In this document: positions 38,401 to 50,055 of the stretch, in pieces
How the letters are laid out: every line of letters starts with the position of its first letter
Numbering within the stretch: position 1 is the stretch's first letter
NCBI RefSeq assembly: GCF_964355755.1
Contig: NC_092674.1
Span: 18,352,001-18,416,000 of the forward strand
Direction of reading: 5' to 3'
DNA from: Antedon mediterranea
Lineage: Eukaryota; Animalia; Echinodermata
Length of the DNA stretch: 64,000 bases
Notes under the pieces: model-generated
Told to the model about the DNA's origin: nothing
Database searches by the model: none
The model's input: the letters and a program-made list of their open reading frames with translations, nothing else
Position numbers and translations under genes: made by a program

Positions 38401-41400
38401 GGGATCGGCCGATCCCGGTGGGATTCCACCGCATCCCGATCGGGATCCCGATCTCATTTTTTATGGGGTTACCATATATTTCAAATTTGATCAAAATCTG
38501 AGATGGTGAGGTGTAAATTTTTTTTTTTTTTGGGTGATTTGACATGGAATGACCCTTGAACAAACAAATCTATAACTTAGGCATCACGCTTGCCATATGA
38601 TTGTTTGTTGACTACGTTCCTTGTTGTTTTATCATGCTAATTTGGAAAATTTTGATACCAAGATAAAGTCTTTAGCATATTTGTAGGTAAAAAACAATCT
38701 TTTCTGTTTTAATGTGTTTTAATGATAATTACTGTGCCTGCAGATACTGCTTAGCGCAAATTACCATATTAAACTACTACTAGTCTGAAAGAATTGATTT
38801 TTCACTGATTTATTCAGAATGTATATATTTACATTTGAAACATAATAATTATAACTAGACAGGAAACTCGTCACTTTGACGAGTTAGTTATCCGCACGAT
38901 AAATGCCACGTGCACGTCATACGTTGGAATATTGCACACAGAAAAAGATTATGGCATTATGACCTGAACTGAAGAATATGATGTGTTGTTATTGCTGAAT
39001 TCTGTTATTTTGTGTCATATAGTATACACAGTATAATCTGTATACATATCACATACAGTGTAGAATACTGTAGGTGAAATTACGGGACCTGCTATTTATT
39101 CCAATTTTTAACATGTTGACGGTTTCAAAATGAAACGCCAATGTAGCAATTTCGGACGGAAATTATCTCAGCAATAACATATTAACGTGTAGAAGAAATT
39201 TGAATACGTGAAATATTGATGCGCACCCTTTGATCCGATCCGATTGGCAAAATGTTCACATGATTTCATATCTACAATCCGATAGCTTCCAGAAAACGTT
39301 TTAATCGTGATAATCACATTTTATTCTTACGAGCTATAACAGATTAAAATTTACTGTAAAGATAAAATTAATGAACCACATAATTTAAATTTTTAAGCAT
39401 GATGATTTTAAAAATGCCTTATTTTTTCACCACTTTGATGCAATTAATGTGCCTTATGTGCGCGTGCGTTTTTATTGATAATATTTTTACCCTTGACCTG
39501 AAGTTTACGTGTAGTGAATTTCGTATTCGAATTTCGTAATATGTGATAATGAATTATGGAGATATGATTGATAATGGGATTTCACAAAATGGCGTATAAA
39601 TGACGTCACGGATGAGTGATCACGCTGAAAAGCTTATTAGGACTAAGTTAAAGTATTTGAAAGTCATTGTGAAATTTTGGTAATCATTAACATTAAACTT
39701 TTTGAGATATTTGTTACACAAAATCTGTACAGAGAGAAATAAAGAAGAATCATAAGAATAAAGATTTTATACAATAACAATAGGTGATCATTTTATTCTA
39801 AATGATCACCTGATAAAACACTTATGTATATATTTATGGTAGATTGAATGTTAATCAAAATTGAGTGAGTGTAGATGAGTATCTAGATTGGAAATCGGAC
39901 AAAGGCGATACCAGGGTTTAAATAAAAATGGATCAGTAGGTGCTGGACAATATAACAGTACTATTTAAACACACCTGAGTATCATTTACTGGCTATTAAT
40001 AATATTCATCACATGAATTTGAAACTAACACTTTATTTGGTATAATAAAGTGTATAACATCTTCATACTATACTTCACCCTTAAAATTGTATGCACCACA
40101 AGGGGCCTATTTTTTTATTTGATGATTACTAGTTGATGTGATGTAATGGATTTATTTTAAATATTTAATTTAATAAATAATTAAAAGAAACGTATTACCA
40201 ATCCAAGTAACTGCAGTGGAATCATGTGGTAGAGAAATAGTACTCCGGTCGTAAACAAACACCACCACAAGTTACCCCATGATTCAGTTGTGTAAGCACC
40301 TAAAAATGTCAATTAAAATATTTTGAGATTAATTCAAGTAGTCATTTACACTTATGATTGGGTCATGGGCCGGCCCAGGATTTAATCGTTTTGACCCGAT
40401 CCAGCGTGTTTACACTTGTGCTCCAAACAAAGGTCAAGATGTAAATAAACCAGAAGCATAAAGCCCTTGTGGGATTATTAAACGATAAAATTCACCATCT
40501 CTACTCTCTCTCTCTTCGCGCGTAAACCATCCGGCATATCCATCAATCAATCCAAAATGAATTTATATTGCGTTTTATGTTATCGAACTAAATAATAAAA
40601 GCCGCTTCTGGACCTACTCAAGAGGTGGTCCAGCTCTGCACCTGTCCCAGGGCTGGACCAAGTGTATTGAGTGTACACTTACCGATTGCCAACCCAGGGC
40701 CGGCCCAAATCGTAATTTTTATTACAAAACATTGTAATACTAACACTGAAAATAATTGTTACAAAATAATGTAATATTAATATTTGATTTGACAATTTTA
40801 AAAATTAAGTAGAATCTTACCTCTTAAGCTTAGCAGGTATGGGGGTATCACCACATATATAAGAATGTGTTGTAGCCAATATATTTCAGTTTCAAATGGC
40901 AACTATTAAGGTAAAACCAATGAAATCAAGTACTTTAATTTTACTTTTCTAAAGTCTCCATTCAAGTAATAATAAGTTAATTTAATTATAATGATTTAAT
41001 TTATTATTATCATTCTACAGTAAGCATAAGCTATTGGTAAGTACTGAAATAAATAATCTGAAAATGTATCATAGACTTTAAAAATGCTTGCAAGACATTA
41101 CAAAAAATTTAGCTAAAGTATTTTAAAGAAAAAAAAAAAATTGAATTATCAATGCAATAATAGCAGGGAGTTTTCACACGAGCATGTAAACGTTAACTTT
41201 AACGGAAGACGTCAACATTCTACTCATTTGCCTAACAGCGTAGGTTAAGTAAACAGTTGTTCTTTTTGATTTTGCTTCGACGGGAAGTGTAGAATGTAAT
41301 GCATGTGTCGTGCACGCAACATACGCAGCTTGTATTAAAAAAAATCATGAAATACCTTGGGCTTAGATACTACTGTAGGCCTAGCTGGGTTTGTTTAATC

Positions 41401-43876
41401 ATGCATATTGGGTGAAAAATAGGATACGAGACCTGGCATCACAAAAGCGGCGCAGAGTCGCAACCCAAACTTTTGAGATATTTAGCCTTGAGGTTCAGAT
41501 TGTGAAAAACATCCTAACCTATCCATTTTAAAATTTTAATAAAAAAACACTTATCTTTAACATATCAAACTATTGTTCATGAAAAAATATCACAAGTATG
41601 TGTATTTTGCAATTATTTAAGTCGTTTAACATTGAAAATCTATTAGGAAATTGTATTTAGTGTTCACTAAAAAATCAACCTTTTTTATGGCGTTTTTGTA
41701 AACAAACCGCTAACCCGAATCACGTCATGTTTGGTACCTATCTGTTTGAAAATATATCAGCTACCTAAGAGATTTTTTTAATCTAGCAGCCAATGGAAAT
41801 TGGTTTGATTGTGTTAGGTTGCTAAAATTTCTAACAAGAATTTGTCAATCCTTCACTGTGATTAGCTATAAAGATAAATTACGCTCTCTGATTGGCTGAC
41901 GCTTTTGTTTACAATGAAATAGCATGGCTTCCACCGTAGTTTTTCAAATGAACATTTCAACATTTTCTGAATATTTAGGAATTTAATCGTTATTTTTATC
42001 CATATATTTTTCAAAAATAACAAAAAATAAAATATTATGTACCACACAGTGACATATTTTTGACTAGTTTGCCGTTATTGAGGGGAAAATAGAAAAAAGC
42101 AAGTTTTGATAGAGTCTTGTCGCATTGATCGGCGGGCCAGGCCAGGCCCAGCTAATCAGCGTCGCTACTTCATTGTTGATTTTCTCAAAATGAAGATTTC
42201 CTGAGCTAGAAAGTGACTCATGTTTTCATTATTAACTCTTCATATAATAAACCAATTTTAACAAACACCACCTCATTTTAAAGCTTATTAAATACATAGA
42301 TTACGAATATATAAAAATCTAAAAAATTGTTATTTCCGACACTACGCCGATTTTGTGATGCCATGCCTCATATTATAATGAACCATTCTTATTGTTTGGC
42401 TTTAAAAACATAACTTTAAATTTACCATTTGTTTTCTTAATCATTTTGCAGAAATTTAATGATTCTTCCATGTTTCGATAACCTTTGTTTACTGTTTTTC
42501 ATTTACGCTATTTTTCAGAAATAAGGTTGTAGAAGTATGTAACTAAAGTTTTTCGTAATGCTTGCGCAGATTGATTTGTTTACAAAGTGGGTGGAGCTTG
42601 CGTGCGAAATAGCATTAAAGTTAACGTTTACATGCTCCTGCGAAAACTCCCTAATACTGTGTCAACTTATCTACTTCATATTTTTGTTAATGAATACAAT
42701 ATATAGTTTGGAAAAATCAATTCTTTAAATTGAACTTTCTGAAAAAACCTATAAAAGTATTTGGTTTTAACAATTTAATTTTAATTGATGTTTACCTACA
42801 TGAAAAGACAATGTTTCATGTGTTTAGAATGTTTTTCAAGATTTTAATTTCAAAATTAATTTATTTCACTATCAAATTTAATGTGTGTGTGTCAGTGTTG
42901 TAAAATATATATAAAGCATACAATTTTTTTTTTGTGAACAGTTTCTTTATCCATTTTTAAAAACTAAATTGCAGTGAATTTTGCAGCAACTTTATTAATT
43001 TGATTACATTATAATTATAACTATATTTACTACATTATGATAACTATACTGAATTTTACTACACTCCTAAAAAAAATGTGTCTCTTATAAAACAATATAA
43101 TCTTACCAATCTGGTGTTGACAACAGGTAACAAGATTGCAAGCAGAGGGCAACTTAGGGATGTCATTTGCATTCTGAACACAACTAGTACTGTTTTGCTT
43201 GGAGGAACAGCCAACAGATATATCTGTAAAAATAGAATAAAAATAAAATATATATATATTTTCTATTTTTAGTATTGAAGGTGGGACTATACCAAAGGAA
43301 CTGCGGTATCAGTTTCAGCAGCTGATTACTCAAAATCAATTGACATGTCCACTATTGTAACATTTTTCAACCAAAACGATACAAATTGTCACCATTTGTT
43401 TGAATTGATAAGCTACACTAAGCTATTAGTCATAGAATAATGAAGCTACAGTAGCAATGATGAACGAAACTCAATATACTGGCAGTGTACTGTAGCAACA
43501 AAATTTTAAAATTTAAGTATACTGACTACTGTACCTGCACCATTGAAAGAACATGACAAGGGTTTAACAGATAAATCACTGTTCTAGTAGCAAACTTGTA
43601 TCCAATTTCAATTCCAAATGTCAGACAGAGTAACACTAGAAGTAACCGTTTACCAAGGCGATAATTCCGTTCTTCTGGTATATGACTTGGTAACTTCAAG
43701 TGTTTCCATGCAATTGCCATCTCTAAAATTGATATCAGGCAAATAGCTACTGTTTCTATGGTTCTTTGTTTGGGCGTAAGGAAATTAACACAGTCTGGTC
43801 CACCATTGCCAGCAAATTTTGGATCTACACCAGCATAAGCCCAATCAAACATATTTTTCCAAACATACACCTGCAT
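29463..43876 (-). CDS. TMEM164: Transmembrane protein 164 (integral-membrane acyltransferase family), 5 coding exons
   Basis: Exons 43876-43535, 43223-43107, 40902-40821, 40299-40199, 29669-29463, all GT-AG and phase-compatible. Translation includes [64 protein letters not shown] and [22 protein letters not shown], closely matching vertebrate TMEM164 as I recall it. Start may be the ATG at 43876 or 43852. Confidence 0.95.
30965..32330 (+). pseudogene. Frameshifted DDD-type transposase remnant (Sola2-like)
   Basis: [68 protein letters not shown] and YDGVWWIG are spread across several frames. Confidence 0.8.
32850..33620. repeat. Left subterminal tandem array (~119-120-bp unit, ~4.5 copies, CGGGAT-rich)
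   Basis: gaaaaatcgggatttttggtcgggaatttcggtcg recurs at ~33030, 33149, 33269, 33388. Confidence 0.9.
34231..37954. repeat. Long inverted repeat: arms 34231-34841 and 37321-37954
   Basis: cagtaatttgtaacagacggtaagttatta matches reverse complement ending 37954; the same short ORF start [18 protein letters not shown] appears on + (34609) and - (37546). Confidence 0.92.
36106..36477. repeat. Direct tandem duplication, ~189-bp unit x2
   Basis: tgtcgtcaagaca.ccactttccgctagaacttcc at 36106 and 36295. Confidence 0.9.
37978..38455. repeat. Right subterminal minisatellite (tcccgatgttgcgtacaaaa-type ~20-bp units)
   Basis: Many copies of aaaatcccg and ttgcgtac visible directly. Confidence 0.9.
38855..39810 (-). 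mobile_element. Non-autonomous Helitron-like element, same family as 12760-14193
   Basis: Identical hairpin (aactcgtcactttgacgagtt at 38865-38885) with CTAG at 38855-38858; far boundary approximate. Confidence 0.65.
39868..39962 (-). pseudogene. Decayed partial duplicate of the TMEM164 terminal exon
   Basis: aaaggcgataccagggtttaaataaaaatggatcagtaggtgctggaca vs true exon aaaggcgataccaaggtccataaaatggatcagttggtgctgggca; agtgtagatgagta also shared; indels break the frame. Confidence 0.7.
41165..42652. mobile_element. TIR element (AGGGAG termini, Harbinger-like MITE) hosting a nested insertion
   Basis: agggagttttc.ca.gagcatgtaaacgttaactttaa matches reverse complement at 42615-42652; TSD not clearly preserved. 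Confidence 0.7.
41428..42369. mobile_element. Non-autonomous TIR element with GAG termini (Sola-like), nested
   Basis: gagacctggcatcacaaaagcggcgcagagtcg vs reverse complement gaggcatggcatcacaaaatcggcgtagtgtcg; flanks atac/atat (near 4-bp TSD). Confidence 0.7.
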
Positions 43877-44435
43877 TTTGGTATTTCAGAGCTTCATCAT
43901 ATAGGTTCTATGAAAAAAAAGGAAAGGGTCATTCGATGCCAAATCAACCAGTGGCTCCAGGGTCACCATCTCTGATTTTCCTAAAAATGTAATTACATGA
44001 ACAGTACCTTGATTGGTTTATTGAAAAAAATAATAAAAAAAATCACTGTTTAAAAAAATTAAAAAATTATAAATCTAAATATCTGACAAGGCTGAAAATT
44101 GCTATGTTTTGGCTTTACTTTCAGAATCTGTCATTGAAATTGTGATTTTTATTTTTCAAAATCAAGTTTTTTCAAGATTTGACATTCGATTGTGGGTCAA
44201 ATATTGTTGGATGTAAAATATTTCACTTGCATATTGTAGCCTGCAATATACAGTAGGCTATTCTAAACAGTAGTTATCTTCATAGAAGTTAGAAACACAG
44301 TTAATGACATTTACCAGACACTGAACATTTTTTCTGGTCAAATGTTGAGATTTTAATGACTGCATTGCATAATTTCTATAAATGAGTGAAGTTTGCAATC
44401 TCAACTGGATTCCTTCAATTCGAACAAAGAAACAA

Positions 44436-46048
44436 AGCGCCCCCTATAACCAATGTGTTTAACTGCGCCCTAAAAGCAGGTACTTTCCCTGATAGGTGGA
44501 AGCATGCGACAGTAGTACCTGTCCCTAAAATCAAAGGAGCTAATACCTGTAACGATCTGCGTCCTATTTCACTTACACCCTTATTAGCAAGAACTTTTGA
44601 GACTTTTTTAGTTAATTGGATTATAGAGGACATTAGAGTTAAGCTTGATAGTCGACAATTCGGGAGCCGCAAGGGTGCATCCACCACCCATTACTTAATT
44701 AGTTTAATTGATTCTGTATTGAAGGATACTGATGGTAAACATTGTTATGTTAATTTATGCGCGGTTGATTTTGCTAAAGCCTTTGATCGGGTTGATCATA
44801 CTATAATTATTAACAAATTAATAGATATCGGAGTGAGATCATCCATAATACCCATTATCTGCAGCTTCCTTACTAATAGAGGCATCAATACCAGAGTGGG
44901 TAAGACCATCTCGGGTACAAGAAAGATCACCTGCGGCGTGCCCCAGGGCACTAAATTGGGCCCAGTTTTATTTCTGGTCCTAATTAATGATGCCAGTCTA
45001 GGAAGCTGCAGAAGATGGAAGTATGTGGATGATCTCACTCTAGGTGAAGTCGTGAAAAAAAACAATAATTCCTATTTACAGGTCTCCCTTGATGATTTGG
45101 ATGACTGGTGTAAAGCTAACAATATGTTGCCTAAACCGTCTAAATGCCATGTTATGACAATTAATTTTTTTGCGTAATGCTAGTGAGTTCCAGCCATTCA
45201 CCCTCAACAACACTATCCTTGAATGTGTTGGCAACCTCAAATTGTTAGGGGTTACTATTCAAGATAATATGAAATTGGACATGCATGTCACAGACATAGT
45301 CTCTAAGGCATCTCGAAAGATGTTTGCTTTATTTGTGATGAGGAGGTCTCGCGCGTCTGTGAATGACCTGATCAAGGTGTTCTGTTGCTATATTAGACCT
45401 ATTCTTGAGTATGCATGCCCTGTGTGGCATGGTGCAATTACTAAAAAATTAGCACATAAAATTGAAGCTGTTCAAAAAAGAGCTCTAAGAACTATCCTGG
45501 GAAAAAATTATATATCGTACGATTTAGCTTTAGAGGAGACGCAACTCCTTTCGCTTGCGGCAAGGAGGGAAAGTCTGGTGCTTTCCTTTGGTCAGGGTCT
45601 CATAAAATCGGCTTTGCACAGGGATATGCTCCCTCCTTGCCGCAAGCGAAAATTAAACCTTAGATCCAATGGTGGAAATCTGGAAGTGCCTAAATGCAAA
45701 ACCGACAGATATAAACGGTCTGCTGTACCGTATATTGTTAATCTGCTTAACTCGAAATAATTTTTTTTATATAGGATTTTTATAAGAAAATAAATAAATT
45801 CATTTAAATTAATACTATTGTATATATTGCTTAAAATAAATTAAAACCTTGATAAATATTTTTAAAATACTAGATAAATTTTAATGATTAATGTACAGTA
45901 TATTTATTTTTCTTATGCATATTGTAAATTGTTTTGTATTTTTTATCTGTAATGTAAATTTTTTATATAATGTGCTACAATAATTTCAGACTTGTTCTGC
46001 TTTTTGTAATGTTTTATATACCGAAATAAATAAATAAATAAATAAATA
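44436..46048 (+). mobile_element. 5'-truncated L2/CR1-group LINE (RT + C-terminus, one frameshift)
   Basis: LRPISLT, QFGSRKG, DFAKAFD, GVPQGTKLGP, YVDD in 44386..45177; IRPILEYACPVW in 45170..45760; (aaat)n tail at ~46024-46048. Confidence 0.92.
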
Positions 46049-47107
46049 GAATTTTCCTATTTTATTGCATTATTATTTACAAGTGCATTATGTACAATTT
46101 GAACAAAGATACACAAATGTAGTAGGCATTCAATAAGGGAATATTCCTCTTAAATATAGTTATCTATAATATAGAAATTATCGGACAAATTCATTGCTCT
46201 AAATGTGTGTTACGATGTTACGATGGCATCATATCAAATGGTGGTTTTGTAGTTGAGCCTCACAGAATATTCACAATTTTGTTTCAAAATAAAATAAATG
46301 GACATTCTTTATGGTATGTGTGCTTTTTCTCTAAAATAAAAGATTTGAATAATAAAGGCCTTATATCGATAATAAAAACGTTTTTTGGCACTTATAATAA
46401 ATATTTCTCAGAAAAAAAGCACATGGCATGTGGAACTATATTATCTTGACGTAGGAAGACAGACAAATCCCAGGTCATGAGAGGTTCAACCACAAAAACA
46501 AGGTTGAATAGGGTAAGGTCACCGGACCGGACCGTTCGAAGATTTTTGAGTTTACAAACAATCTATATCTATAGTGCGTATGGCCGTACACGCTAGATTT
46601 ACATGTTTTGTTGGATGTTTACTGAAATCAAAAATATTTGATCATTTTGATGGAAATGATATGTAAATAAACACTCAAAAGAATTATGTTTACAGTTCAA
46701 TTATGGTCAGAATAATAATTGTTTGATCTTCTTTGCCTAATAACTTTTTTTTCCCCGCACCCTTGTGTTCCGACGGACAGTCAGAGCTGGGGGATTTTTG
46801 CTTGGGATAGGGGTAGTAGGCTATCAAATTGACCAGAATTGTAGTAGGAAATTATTAGAAGTATTTTAATTATCTCTGGGAAGGGGTTAGGAGTTTGGGG
46901 TGGGGTCGTAGGCCTATCAAAACGATGAAATTGTACCAGGAATGTTTTAAACTATATTTGAAAACTGCCACTGAGGGGTTATGGTTGGGAGTAATGGCTT
47001 AACATAATGTGTACTTGAAACGTCTTTCCAGTGGCGTTTGGGGGAAATGAAGTACTGTACAACATAATTGGAATTGTACTGGCAAAATATACAGTACTAA
47101 ATTTGAA

Positions 47108-48293
47108 CAGGGATGTCACCACGCTGGTCGGCCCCGACCAGCACTCAACATTTCCGACCAGGATTTACAGGCTGCCGACCACCACTATTATTTATTAATC
47201 ATTACGATATTTATATTAGGCCTAGGCCTAACTAAAATTCGTACTAAAACATTTTACCTAGCACATCGTTAATAACAGACAAGCTAGCCTCATATAGATA
47301 AGACAAAAGACTACAGCAAATGTTTCCGTGGTTACGTACGTTACTTTATTTGTAACATAATACCAGGCCTACCCTGCCCTGGTATTCATTGTTACAGCTT
47401 GTGAGTCATGGCGAACAACGTGCTACACAGCACAGTGTACAAGTTTAAAGTTCACATAGCGACCATTCAAGCGTTTTATTTTGCACAGATTAAAAATACA
47501 AACAAGTACGCAGTAATTAAAAATGTACAACTACATAGACCCAAACAAAATCATTTTTAATTGCTGAATGTTTTGTCACCATGCTTTAATTATATTATGT
47601 TACTAGTTTTACATTTTTGTACTCTACAAACTATTAAAAAAAATAAAAAAACATGCGCATGGTTCAGTGAGACCGGGCAAGTTCGTTCGTTTATGATCGC
47701 CGAGCATGGTACAATAATTACACGTCCCTGGGATAACTTCAGGTTGCTGAACTTCAGTTAACCCATAAACACGTGTCTCTGTTCTTGCCGGCCATGCACT
47801 ACATGCTTGCCGCACAGTTGTGAAACAAAAAATCCGGAATTCGCGAATACGCTAAAAAACTCTCGCGCAAAAGAACACGAACATTATATTGAGCAACAAG
47901 TAGAAAGGTCTAGGCTAATAATTTATCTACATTATTTGATTAGGGATTAGGCCTAAATAAAGAAGCGCCCGTTTTTGTGGAATTCAGGTTTTGGGGCATC
48001 TATCTAAGCCTTGGCTAGGCCTCTAGTGGTCGTAGTGTCTACAAGGCTAGGCCTAAGCCTGACGCGATCTATTGCTATTCATTTCGTGAGCGTTTTTTTG
48101 TTTTCGCGAATAATAACGGCGACTCCCCGGTGGTACAAGGTTAGGCCTAGACCTGACGCAATTTGTTGTTATTTATTTTCATAATTCTTTATGTTTCACT
48201 GAAATAACGACAAACCCTCGGGGGATACCCCGGGGTCCCCCCCCCCCCGGGAAATTTGCCGACCGGCACTCCAAAAAGCTGGTGACATCCCTG
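47108..48293. mobile_element. Non-autonomous hAT-like TIR element with 6-bp TSD
   Basis: Perfect 14-bp TIR cagggatgtcacca/tggtgacatccctg; tttgaa on both sides (47102-47107, 48294-48299); ccgacc subterminal motifs. Confidence 0.8.
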
Positions 48294-48385
48294 TTTGAAC
48301 TGTCCTGGGGATGAGATAAGGTTTGTTAATGACGGCTGTCATTGTCATGATTAACGCTTAGATAGGTTTCACATTTTTGAATATC

Positions 48386-50044
48386 AAACAGTAGATCTGA
48401 TTCGTTGTAGTAAATCTGACTTCGAAAATAAAATAGCAATTGAGATCAAATCTAATGAAAAGTCTTTTTGGAAGTATCTCAGTTCTCAGATAAATATAAA
48501 GTCTGGTATACCCAACTTAACTGATAGTAATGGAAGGCATGTGTCTGATGACAAGGATAAGGCTGATTTGCTAAACACGTTTTTTAGTAGTGTATTTGTC
48601 GATGAAAATTTTTCAAATGTACCGGCTGTTGATGACATTTCAGAGGATTTTTTATCTCAAGTTGACTTTCCTTGTGACGAAATCTTAAATATTTTATCAA
48701 CGTTGAATATTACTAAAACAGCTGGACCTGATGGTATTCACCCACGCATCTTAGTCGAGCTAAAGGATATCATTTGCTATCCCTTCCATATTATTTTTAC
48801 GAAATTGTTTCAAGAAGGAGCCGTCCCTAATAGTTGGAAACGGGCCATAGCGGTACCGATTTTTTAAAAAGGAGTGAAGTCTGACCCAAGCAACTATAGA
48901 CCGGTGAGTTTAACTTCGGTAGTTGGTAAAATTATGGTGAGAATTATCAGGAAGGAATTATTGGACTTTCTTGAACATCACTCACTTATTTGTTATGAGC
49001 AATTTGGTTTCCGGCAAGGTCGTTCCTGTGCTTTACAATTACTTGATGTACTTGAAAACTGGTTTTCTTATTTTGATAATCAGGATTGTTTTGATTGTAT
49101 CTACCTTGACTACAAGAAGGCTTTCGATAGTCTGCCTCATCATAGACTCCTTCTGAAAATGAGTGCATTGAGTATTAGAGGTCAACTTCTAAACTGGTTT
49201 CAAGAATTTCTTAACGATAGACAACAACGGGTTAGTGTCAATGGATGTGTTTCAGATTGGGCTGATGTTCGTAGTGGTATCCCGCAAGGAAGCGTTGTTG
49301 GACCTGTTCTTTTCATTATGTTTATAAATGATTTACCTTCTGTTATTTCTTCCTCTGTACGCATGTTTGCAGATGATACTAAATTGTATAGAGTAGTTAA
49401 CACTGTGAATGATGCTCAAGTTTTACAAGAAGATTTAGAGAGAGCATGTGACTGGTCTGACAAATGGCAATTACCTTTTAACGAGGGTAAGTGCAAAGTA
49501 ATGCACTTTGGGAAGAAAAACAACAAGCATCTGTATGCCATGCGTGGTTTCTTATTGAATGAAGTTGATCATGAAAAAGACCTCGGTGTTACTATTGACT
49601 CTAAACTTGTTTTTAATGTACATGTGGCAGATGTAGCAATGAGAGCAAATCGGAAGTTGGGCATGGTATATCGAGCTTTCAAGTTTTTAAATATGGATGG
49701 GTTTCTTCGTTTATATACTGTAAAGCTATTATTCGTCCGACCCTGGAATACTGCAACGTTGTTTTTAACTCGCTACATTGCAAGGAGGAAGACCTATTGG
49801 AAAAAGTCCACGAACGTGCCACCAAGCTTATTTTTTCCATTCGTCATTTACCTTATTCAGAAAGGCTGAAAATTCTCAACCTACCTACTCTCGCATATAG
49901 AAGGCAAAGAGCTCATTTGATACAGATTTTTAAAATTTTACATGGAGTGGATAGTATTTCTGCTGATTCTTTTTTTGAGCGTGATGAAGATGTTAGAACA
50001 CGTGGTCATTCTTTTAAATTAAAATTTAAGTTCTCACGCACAAA
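48386..50044 (+). mobile_element. CR1-clade LINE ORF2 fragment (frameshifted, truncated at both ends)
   Basis: KTAGPDGIHPRIL, NYRPVSLTS, YLDYKKAFD, SGIPQGSVVGP, MFADDTK, KCKVMHFG, EKDLGV, RTRGHSFKL. Confidence 0.92.
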
Positions 50045-50055
50045 TTTTGAATATC

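Larger units (their letters stand above)
32835..38468. mobile_element. Non-autonomous CCC-terminated EnSpm/CACTA-like element nested in the Sola2-like transposon
   Basis: Ends tt|ccctatagaaaaaa and ttttttatgggg|tt (2-bp TSD tt); both subterminal regions are packed with ATCCCG/CGGGAT; no transposase inside. Confidence 0.7.
30544..38555 (+). mobile_element. Sola2-like DNA transposon (defective), interrupted by a nested element
   Basis: 25-bp TIRs gggtcattccatgtca(g/a)atcaccca (1 mismatch); exact 4-bp TSD ttga (30540-30543, 38556-38559); internal transposase remnant. Confidence 0.85.

Noticed and set aside
37932-38490. 165-aa and 94-aa ORFs
   Set aside because: Translations of the right subterminal minisatellite
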